The notes below the pieces were generated by a model. The model was not told the DNA's origin, searched no databases, and was given only the letters and a program-made list of their open reading frames with translations. Positions 1 to 9,300 of a DNA stretch of 32,000 nucleotides are shown piece after piece (positions within the stretch are counted from its first letter, which is position 1; the number at the start of each line of letters is the position of its first letter). The stretch covers positions 210,001 through 242,000 of the forward strand of contig JALHOH010000001.1 of the NCBI GenBank assembly GCA_022843095.1, read 5' to 3'. Both the position numbers and the translations under genes were made by a program. This DNA is from Candidatus Saccharimonadota bacterium. Lineage in GTDB: Bacteria; Patescibacteriota; Patescibacteriia; 2-12-FULL-60-25.

Positions 1-1
1 C

Positions 2-3000
2 GAAACATTGGGCGCAACAGCGGCGGCGGGCGTGTGGGGCGTCGCAACGACCTCGCAGACGATTGTTTTTACCCCACCCACGAATGCAGCTCTTGGAGAA
101 ATCGCGGCCTCGGCAAAGGTCGTGATTCGCATCGGGACAAATGCCTCTGGTGGCGTGGGTCAGATTGTGAATCCAAGCGGATCCGGTAGATTTACCATTT
201 CTATTGATGGGGGGTTTGGGGATGTGGGAGGCATCGAAGTGCCGATTGTTTCTGGAGACACGGCCGCAGTGTCTGCCACCATCCCTGCAGCAGGAGGTGG
301 GGGCGGCGGCGGAGGGGGTGGCGGCGGCGCTCCAATTCCAGGAGATACGACAGCACCGCTTATTTCGAATATTCGCGCAGAAGCAATTACGACCTCATCC
401 GTTCAGATTGCCTGGGATACCGATGAAGCGTCTGACACGAAGGTGGAGTTCGGGATGACGGTCGGGTATGAGCTTGGTGCATCTTCTACGTCGGGTTTGG
501 TGACCGCGCATCGTATTTGGTTGTCGAACCTGAATCCGAGCACCGTCTATCACTTTCGCGTTTCCTCCAAAGATGCGCAGGCAAACACGGCAACGTCGGC
601 GGATCAGGTCTTCACGACGCTCGCTATTCCGGCCCCTCCGGTTCTTTCGAATATCCGCGTTCAATCGCTGACCGATGTGTCTGCGGTGGTATTGTGGGAT
701 ACGGATATTCCCGCGACGACCCGTCTTGAATACGGCCGCGTTGTTCCATACAGCGCAGAGCAATCGATCGCCGGGACACGTACCAGTCACGCGGTGCCAC
801 TGTCGGGATTGCTTCCTGGAACGACCTATCAGTTTCGTGTTAGCGGGACCAGTACAGCCGCGCTTTTTTCTCAATCGGCAAATCAAACCTTCACAACAGT
901 GACGGATACCACCCCACCCGCGAATGTGAGTGGACTCGCGGCGTCACCGGGAGACGGGGTTGTGAAATTAACCTGGGTCAATCCGACTGATCCGGATTTT
1001 TCTCGTGTCATCATCGTTGCGCGCACGGATCGCTCGCCCACCGGAATCGCGGATGGACGCGTGGTCTATTCTGGGAATGCCTCGACCGTGACAGACAGCG
1101 GGTTGATTAATGGAGTCACGCAGTTCTATGCCGTGTTCGCCCAGGACGACAAAGGGAATGCGTCGAGCGGTGCTCTGGTTGATGCGACCCCGGTTGGACC
1201 ACCAGCCCCGCCACCAGTGCCGCCTGTTTTGCCTCCACCAGTTCCGGTTCCGACCCCAACGCCCACCCCCGCGCCCCCGAGTGGTCCGGGAGGGACGGTG
1301 ATCACGCCACAGCCGACGCCTGCACCGACACCAGCCCCGACCCCAACGCCTGCACCATCTCCTGCACCAACTCCAACGCCAGCTCCGATCCCGGAACCCA
1401 CGCCAACCCCGACGCCAGAACCGACACCGGATCCAACCCCCATTCCGGTTCCAACGCCAGGCGGGGAGATCGTTCGGATTCAGCCTCAATTTTCCGTTCC
1501 AAATAGCCCTCTTCTTCTTCAGCCAGGAACAACGGGTGAAGTAACTCTGCTTTTTGGGAAGCCTGTCTCAATTTCCGTCCCATCTGCCGGTTTGCCGTCT
1601 CTGCCTGTGCGCGGAGAGATTCAGTTTGGTCGAGATCGGTACGCGCTGACCCCTAGCCCATTAAGTGGTGCGTTCTCCGCCGTGTTTGTCCCGTCGTCGA
1701 TGGGAGCGGTTTCCGCAACGGTTCGGGTGTATTTTACAAACGGCGCGGAAGCGGTCACAACGATTCCGACACGCGTGATTGCGCAGGGCGTGGTACGAGA
1801 GGCCTCTTTGGCGGGTGAAGGTGCACTGATCGCGGATGCAACGGTCACGCTCTACGATGAAGCGGGTCGCGTTTGGAATGCGCGTGCATTTGGCCAACAG
1901 AATCCGGTGGTAACGGGGAAGGAAGGGGTGTTTGGTTGGTATGCGCCGACCGGAGCCTATCGCGTGGTGGCATCGAAGAATGGGTATCAGTTGCAAGAGA
2001 TTCGGATTCGGCCAACCGAACAAACCGTTACGGGGGCGCTCACCTTACGTGCTCTGCCTAAGCCTTTGCAAACAGTGATCCAGCCGGGTGCACCGGTGAC
2101 GCAGAACATCGCGGCTGTAGCCACGGAGGTGACAAAACGTGTGGAAGCGACGTTGGAAGCCGTTCGCACTCCGGAGACGGTAGCAGCGGCAGAACAGGTG
2201 GTTGCGCCGACGGTTGTAGCGGTTGCGGCGGCGAATGCGGTGACCGCAGTTTCCGCCTTTCAATTTTTGAACTATTTGTACTACCTCATCACCCAGCCGA
2301 TTTTGCTTCTGGGACGTCGAAAGCGATTAAAGTGGGGGATGGTGTATCACGCACTCACCAAGCAGCCGATTGATTTGGCGATTGTGCGATTAGTCACGGT
2401 CCAAAACGGTCGCGTCGTGCAGACGCGTATCACGGATGCACAGGGTCGGTTCAGTATTATCGCCCCTCCAGGCAAATTTCGGTTAGAGGTAGTTAAACAG
2501 GGATTTGTGTTTCCTTCCGTGTTGCTTAAACAGGACACAACGGATATTGATTTGGCGGATTTGTACCATGGCGAGCCGATCGACGTGAAAGAGAGTTCGT
2601 TGCTGAGCTATAACATTCCGCTCGATCCGATCGAGCGCGTTGTGACACCACGTGACATCGTCGTGAAACAATTGCTTCGCAAGATTCAACACGCCGTCGG
2701 TATTGTGAGCGTGCTTGTGTCCGTGATTGTGCTGATTATCGCGCCGAGTGGGTGGACGGTCGGGCTTCTAGTTGCGCAGGTGCTGATGTATTTCCTGTTC
2801 CGTCGTCTTTCGCTTCCGCCAAAGCCAAAAGGATATGGGCTCGTGGTGGATGCGGAAACAAAGAAGCCGATTGCGCGTGCGGTCGTACGTATCTTCGATA
2901 AGAAGTATAATAAGCTCTTGGAGACGCAGATCACGGATAGTAAAGGAAAATACGGCTTCATCGTTGGAAAGAATGTGTACTATCTCGTGGGCGTTTCTTC

Positions 3001-3100
3001 TGGGTACGCCGCCTACCGTTCCGACGATATCGATCTAACGGCGGCACCCTCCACGGTCATTGATGCACCGATTGTCCTGCAGAAGCAAAAAACCGCTTAG
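2..3100 (+). CDS. Surface/membrane protein, 5'-truncated by the window edge: three Fn3-like domains, poly-Gly, Pro/Thr linker, three carboxypeptidase-regulatory-like domains interleaved with TM helices
   Basis: The frame is open to the window edge, with no in-frame stop before nt 8. Two ~90-aa repeats (nt ~341-615 and ~628-900) carry the signature W.TD..A....V.[FY]G...H...L..L.P.T.Y.FRV, which is Fn3 / purple-acid-phosphatase-N-terminal-like. A third Fn3-like unit lies at ~905-1190. Three segments resemble CarboxypepD_reg, e.g. [26 protein letters not shown] and [26 protein letters not shown]. Long hydrophobic stretches lie at ~2210-2320 and ~2700-2810. The stop is TAG at 3098-3100. Confidence 0.72.
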   Translation, partial: ETLGATAAAGVWGVATTSQTIVFTPPTNAALGEIAASAKVVIRIGTNASGGVGQIVNPSGSGRFTISIDGGFGDVGGIEVPIVSGDTAAVSATIPAAGGGGGGGGGGGGAPIPGDTTAPLISNIRAEAITTSSVQIAWDTDEASDTKVEFGMTVGYELGASSTSGLVTAHRIWLSNLNPSTVYHFRVSSKDAQANTATSADQVFTTLAIPAPPVLSNIRVQSLTDVSAVVLWDTDIPATTRLEYGRVVPYSAEQSIAGTRTSHAVPLSGLLPGTTYQFRVSGTSTAALFSQSANQTFTTVTDTTPPANVSGLAASPGDGVVKLTWVNPTDPDFSRVIIVARTDRSPTGIADGRVVYSGNASTVTDSGLINGVTQFYAVFAQDDKGNASSGALVDATPVGPPAPPPVPPVLPPPVPVPTPTPTPAPPSGPGGTVITPQPTPAPTPAPTPTPAPSPAPTPTPAPIPEPTPTPTPEPTPDPTPIPVPTPGGEIVRIQPQFSVPNSPLLLQPGTTGEVTLLFGKPVSISVPSAGLPSLPVRGEIQFGRDRYALTPSPLSGAFSAVFVPSSMGAVSATVRVYFTNGAEAVTTIPTRVIAQGVVREASLAGEGALIADATVTLYDEAGRVWNARAFGQQNPVVTGKEGVFGWYAPTGAYRVVASKNGYQLQEIRIRPTEQTVTGALTLRALPKPLQTVIQPGAPVTQNIAAVATEVTKRVEATLEAVRTPETVAAAEQVVAPTVVAVAAANAVTAVSAFQFLNYLYYLITQPILLLGRRKRLKWGMVYHALTKQPIDLAIVRLVTVQNGRVVQTRITDAQGRFSIIAPPGKFRLEVVKQGFVFPSVLLKQDTTDIDLADLYHGEPIDVKESSLLSYNIPLDPIERVVTPRDIVVKQLLRKIQHAVGIVSVLVSVIVLIIAPSGWTVGLLVAQVLMYFLFRRLSLPPKPKGYGLVVDAETKKPIARAVVRIFDKKYNKLLETQITDSKGKYGFIVGKNVYYLVGVSSGYAAYRSDDIDLTAAPSTVIDAPIVLQKQKTA
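293..328 (+). repeat. Poly-glycine run (12 consecutive GGN codons) inside the first CDS
   Basis: Read directly in frame: gga ggt ggg ggc ggc ggc gga ggg ggt ggc ggc ggc. Confidence 0.95.
1190..1460 (+). repeat. Pro/Thr/Ala-rich low-complexity linker (PTPAPTP-type) inside the first CDS
   Basis: The translation reads [30 protein letters not shown]...[49 protein letters not shown]. The antisense G/V-rich ORF 1126-1443 is its mirror image. Confidence 0.95.
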
Positions 3101-3119
3101 TTTAGACAGGAAAATATTT

Positions 3120-3150
3120 TCATCCACGTTTTATCCACAGGTTATACACG
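3120..3150 (+). promoter_or_regulatory. Three head-to-tail DnaA-box-like 9-mers with 11-bp phasing
   Basis: The three boxes are TCATCCACG (3120-3128, 7/9), TTATCCACA (3131-3139, 9/9 to the DnaA-box consensus) and TTATACACG (3142-3150, 8/9 to TTATNCACA). They lie in the intergenic gap, 20 bp after the upstream stop and ~245 bp before the giant gene start. Confidence 0.4.
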
Positions 3151-3394
3151 TTCAAGTGACGGGCGTCTCAGGGATGAAAGTGGCCAGAACTACGCAAAGA
3201 TGCGCATTCACAGAACGATGCCATACTGGGTATGTACGTGAAGATTCCGACTTCATGCACATCCTGGACGGCATCGTTCGCCGAAAAGGAGGAAGGAGGG
3301 CGTCGTTGGCCTCGCGATGACCGCGGGACCTCACGACATGGTCTGCCCTGCTTCCGCTCTCCTCGACCTCTCGAGGAACGTTCGTTCGTGTCGT

Positions 3395-6300
3395 ATGTTG
3401 CGCCTTGATTCCTTCCGTGCCCGGGTCCTCGCCTGGAGCCTCGCCGTCTTGTGCGGCGGAGGGATGGTTGTCTGTTCGTTCCTTTTCGCGTCGCGGACCA
3501 TTGCCGCGAACGGGATCAATCGCCAGATCAACTATCAGGCAAAGTTGTTGGATACCACGGGGGCAGCCGTTCCAGACGGAACGTATTCCATTAAGTTTAG
3601 TTTGTATGCCGCCGCATCCGGTGGTACACCGCTTTGGACCGCATCTGGTACCACGGCGACGCCGGTTGCCATGAACGTGAACGTTCAGAATGGATTGTTT
3701 ACGGTGTTGCTGGGCGACACGGCGCTGTCCGCGGGCTCCCAAAATCCATTGAATGACCTCATCAATTGGAATAGCGATAGCCTGTACCTTGGTGTCACGG
3801 TCGGCGCGGATGCAGAAATGACACCGCGTAAACGGTTGGCGAGTACGCCGTACGCGTTTAATGCCGAGCGGTTGCAGGGAATGAGCGCCTCCGGGACGGC
3901 GTTTGGCGCAAATGCGCTGTTTATTGTGAATCAGACGTCCCAGACAGGCGCAACCGGGACGCGTTCTGCATTGGAGATTCGTTCGAGCGGGATGTCGGAT
4001 ACCAACGATTACTTGGTTCGGGGGATCAATTCCTCCAGCACCGTCGTGTTTGAGATCACGCGTCTTGGCGTTGTTTCAAGCTCGGAAGCGTTTGTGTCCA
4101 CGAGCAGTACAGCGACCTCCACCTTCCAGGGGACGGTTTCTTCGACGCGTGGGATTTTTGATCAATACATTTTGGTCAACGGAAAATACGTGTGTCTTGC
4201 GGACGGGACCAACTGTCAGTCGGGCGGTGGGTCTGACGGGAGTTGGACGTACGTGACTGCAAGCGGGATGGTGCGTCTGACTACGTCAACCAATGATGTG
4301 GTCCTTGGCAACACGGCGACCTCCTCTGCCGCAGGTGGCGCGCCCGTGTATTTTGATCTTTCCGGCGGGACGGCGGGAACCTCCAACGTCTATTTTGGGC
4401 ATGCCACACAAACCAATGTCGTCATCGGCGGTACCTCGACAACGGCGCCGCTTCATGGATTGTTTACCATGAACGGGGACGACCTCCTTGTTACGGGCAA
4501 TATCGGGAGTGTGTCGTCGGTCTATACAAATGGCGCATTTGTCGCGGGATCGGGTTCGACCTCATACGGGTCCGGACTCATTTCTTCCGGCGGAACGACG
4601 CCCGTGCTTACGATCACATCTGTGAGTGGGACACGGATGTTTAATGGGATCGATAATTCCTTGGGGGCGGACACGCGGTTCTCTAAGGTCGCATCATCGA
4701 CCATCGTGGCGAGTAATACCACGCCAAAACAGACACTTGTCCGCGATCGTTTGTTGTTTGTTCTTTCGAGCGGTTCAGGTCAAGGGATTCAGATTTATGA
4801 TCTTGCCTCGAGTACCCCTGCGCTTTTGAAGGAGGTAACAATCGCAAACCAAGGAATTTCGCAGCTCGACGTTCAAGGTCGGTACATGTACGTGTATAAC
4901 TACACGAAATTGACGATCTTCGACATCGCGAACCCAAGAAATCCGTTGCAGGTTGGGGAGGTAGGGAGTATGGGAACGAGTTGTTCGTTCCAGGTTGCTG
5001 GAGGGTTCGCGTATGTCATGTGCGGTAGTTATTTCTACATCGTTGATGTTCAGAATCCTGCGAATCCGTTTATTGTTTCCGAGTTTTTCTACAGCAGTGG
5101 TTCTGGTGGATCAGGGGGTGCCATTGTTCGTGGGAATTATGCCTACCTCACGCAAACAAATTCTCCGATCCTTCGCGTGATGGATGTTTCCAATCCTTAC
5201 GCCCCAACGCTTCAATATACCTCTACGACCTCGGCAAGTACGGAACCGGCAGCCATTGCGCTGCAAGGTCAGTATTTATACATCGTGAATCGCGCGACGA
5301 CAGACGGGATCATCAACGTTTATAACGTGGCAAGTTCGACAAGCCCGGTATTTGTCACGAATATCGTCGTCGGAACAAATCTGTCCGATGACTATGGATT
5401 AGTTGTCTCTGGTCGATATTTGTATGTTGCCGCGGAGAACGGAACTATCTACGTCTACGACATCACGACGCCATCATCTGCGTCCCTCGTGCAGACCTTT
5501 GCAACGGGTCAGCAGGTGCCGAATGGGTTGTCCGTGAATGGAACATCACTGTATTCCGTAGACTATGGATCTACGAAATCGTTGAACGTCATCAATCTGA
5601 CGGGGATCGAAACGAACGGGTTGGTCGCGCCGGTTGCGGAACTGGGACGGCTGCAGGTGCAAAACGACGGATTTATCGGAAATCGTTTGGATGTTCTTGG
5701 GTCGATCGCGATCGGTCGTGGGGGGTTGTACTCGGATGGCGCCATCGCGGTTCATGCCTCGGGGACGACGTCGACGATCGTCGGTCGGTTGAATGTGGTC
5801 GGTGGAATCTTCCAGAACGGCGTCCGTGTGTGTCTTGCGGATGGGACAAACTGCACGGGTGGAAGCGGGAGTGATGCGAACTGGACATATGTTGGTGCAA
5901 GCGGATTGGTCCGTCTGACAACCTCGACCAACGATCTCGTGATTGGAAGCACTGCGACTTCAACGGGTGCGCCGATCTATGCCGACCTGTCCGGGTCTAC
6001 GGATGGGACGTCTACCGTGTATTTTGGACATGCGACAAATACCAATGTCGTGATTGGCGGAACATCCACCACACATCCGTTGAACGGGTTGTTCCGGATG
6101 AATGGGGATGATCTATTGGTTACAGGAAATATTGGGAGCGTTTCTTCGGTGTACACAAACGGCGGGTTGGTTGTCGGGACGGACTCCACCTATTACCAGG
6201 ACATGCGCATCACCGGTCGTTCTGCCGGCGTGTTCAAGATCGAGAACGTGCAGGGGGGTGGATCCATCGCATCGATTGTGTTGGATGCCAATACGTCTGG

Positions 6301-9300
6301 ATTGGATCCGATCGCCATTTTTGGCGGACAAAACGGATACAAGTCGTTTATCGACTACACCGGGGATTTTGTGGTCGCCTCTTCGACGCGGTACGAAGAA
6401 ACGCGTATTTATCGCCCCTATAACTCGTTCACGATTACGGCGAGCAGTGGGACGTTTATCAACGATCTTCGCAGCACGGGGCTGAACATCCAGCCACGCG
6501 GCCTCGCAACGACGACCGCGTCCGGCAGTGGGTTGGGAGAAGGTGCTTCTTCCGTTGTCATCAATGGTCGCTACGCGTATGTCGCGAACCAGGCGTCTTC
6601 TTCCGTCAGCGTTGTGGACATTGCGAATCTGGACCGTCCTCGCGTGGTGACGACGACGGCGCTCTCCGCCTTGCCGCGCGCGCTCGCGCTTTCCGGAAAT
6701 ACGTTGTTTGTTGCGGGGGATACGACCGGCGCCTTCTTTACCTTGGATGTCTCCGATCCGGCGAACCCACGTTTGTTGAATACAGTCGGCGGAGGGTCTT
6801 TCTATGATGTCGCCGTCCAAAATGGGTTTGCGTATCTTGCCGATTTCGCAAGCAACGTGGTGCGCGTCTATGACGTGCAAGACCCAACGAACATTGCGGC
6901 TGCAACTACGATCTCTATCACGGCACCACGTGCAGTGAAGGTCGCCGGTCGGTTCTTGTACATCACCAACAATTCGACGTTCTACGTGTACGACATCACG
7001 AATCCGCGTCAGCCCTATGCATTGGGTTCCTATGTCTCGGCGAATACGCTTGAATCCATCGCGATTGATGGCGCGTATGCCTACGTTGGCCGTTCGGGAG
7101 CAACAACGGGGCTTGTGTTGGACATCTCTTCTTCCACGAATCCGACGCTTGCGGGGACGTTCAGCTGTGTGCTCGCGGGCTGTACGGATGTTCAGGTGCA
7201 TGGACGGTATTTGTATGCCGCCACGACGGGGTATGGAACCGGAATCTACATTTTTGATCTAACGGATCCGACCTCACCGGGAGCGTTGTCCTTCGCAAGT
7301 CCTCTTACAGACGATTACACGAATGATATCGCCATTTCCGGTCGCTATGCGTTTGTTGCGCTGTCTTCTGCTGCGAACCAAACCGGAACTTCAACGCTCA
7401 AGATCTTTGACTTGGGTGGGATCGAAACGACGGGACTTGTGGCACATGCCGCGGAAGTCGGGTCGTTGCAGGTTCGTGGAGATGGATTTGTCGGAAACCA
7501 TTTTGATGTCATGGGATCGCTTGGTGTTGGACGTGGCGGGATCGCCTCCGAAGGAGCTCTTGTCGTGATGGCGACGGGCACCACGTCGACGTTTCAGGGT
7601 CGCTTGAATGTGATCGGTGGGCTGTTCCAAAACGGTGTCCGCGTCTGTCTTGCAGATGGGACGAACTGTCAGGTGGGAGGTGGCGGGGGTGGCAGCGACA
7701 GCAACTGGACCGAAGTGGCGGCAAGCGGGTTTGTCCGCCTGACGACCTCGACCTATGACGTGGTCATGGGGAGTACGGCAACGTCGACGGGTGCGCCGGT
7801 GTACTTCGATCTTTCCGGAGGAATCGATAATGTGTCCTCCACCGTGTACTTCGGCCACGGAACGGGCACGGATGTCGTGATTGGTGGAACCTCGACCACG
7901 GAATCCGGATTGCATCCGCTTTTCACCATGAACGGGAATGATCTGCTGGTCATGGGGAATATCGGCAGCGTCTCTTCGGTGTACACAAACGGCGCGTTTG
8001 TCGCAGGGACGGGTTCTGTCTTCTATGGCGCAAACGGCATCACCGCGACGACGGGGACGAATTTCACATTGAATTCCGTAAGTGGAACGCGGATGGTCGG
8101 TGGAATGACGGAAGAGTGGAATAACGCGAGTCCGGCAGAAATCACGGCGTATGCGGAAGGTCCCGCCTCTTCGTACCTCACGCGCATTGCCTATCGGTAT
8201 CCGTATGCGTTTGTGAATGATACGGCTTGGCAGCGGTTGTATGTCTTCCATATTGCCGGTCCTTCCTCTACGCGGTTAGTGACCTCTACGGAATGGTCGG
8301 TCTATGGATTTAGCGATGCAGCCGACATGGCCGTTGAGGGAAACACGTTGGTGGTGGTTGGAGCGAAGGCGCACAAGTTTGATATTTCAGACCCGGTTAA
8401 CCCGCGCTATGTCGCGTCTTCCGCACAAAACCTGAACGCGAATGCGGTGAAGATTCAAGGAGGATATGCCTACATCCTTGATACCAATGGCGCGGATTCT
8501 AAGTTCTTCGTCGTGAGTTTGCAGAATACGACGCCGACCGTGGTCGGAACGATTGGAGGGATGAATTCTGCAGCACATTTGACGGTACTGGATGGGCGTG
8601 TCGCCGTGTTAGGAAATCCATTCTTCGTTGGGCAGCCACTTTCGATCATCGATGTAAAGAATCCGTTGAATCCAGTCATCACCATGACATCGTCAACGGT
8701 GGAGACCTCACAGGCGCATGGGATGACATCAAAGGATGGGTATATCTATACCGCATTCTATACGTCTACCGGTCAGAATAAGATTCTCGTTTGGGATACG
8801 CATCATCCGACAGACGTTCGTGTCGTGAATGAAATTACGACGCAGTCCGCAGGGATGCAGTATCCGGAAAACCTCACGATTGCCGATCGATACTTGTACT
8901 ACGTGAACGAGAATTACGATATCGAAATCTTCGATATCTCGAGCTCAACGAATGCCTACCCGGTTAGAACGATTCTTGGAAACGGAAACTCTGCAGCAGA
9001 GAGTGCGGTTGGGGTGTTCGGAGATTTGCTCACGTTCGGGAACACGAACAATCGTTTCAACGTCATGGATATCGGAGGGATTGATGCGATTGGGATTCGC
9101 GCGGGATCCGCGAATGTGGGGCGGTTGCAGGTGCTCGGTCCCTCAGTCTTTAATGGTCAGGTTTCTATCAATGGAGGGTTGCAAGTTGGATATGGCGGGA
9201 TCTTTTCTGAAGGTGTCTTGTCTGCCGCGTTGTTGAACATCACAACGACGGCGACGGTGAAGAATTTGGACTTGCAAAAGTCCTTTAGCCAAGTGTTGTC

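Noticed and set aside
1126-1443. A Gly/Val-rich ORF ([15 protein letters not shown]...) lies on the minus strand.
   Set aside because: It is the exact antisense mirror of the Pro/Thr linker codons of the first CDS, not an independent gene.
6113-7201. A long antisense ORF (362 aa) lies inside giant gene A. Similar ORFs occur at 7391-8251, 10598-11113, 10927-11409, 13529-13942 and 14924-15421.
   Set aside because: All lie entirely within and opposite to the giant ORFs. They translate to Arg/His/Cys-rich low-information sequence with no domain-like motifs. Stop-poor antisense frames are expected opposite long GC-rich genes.
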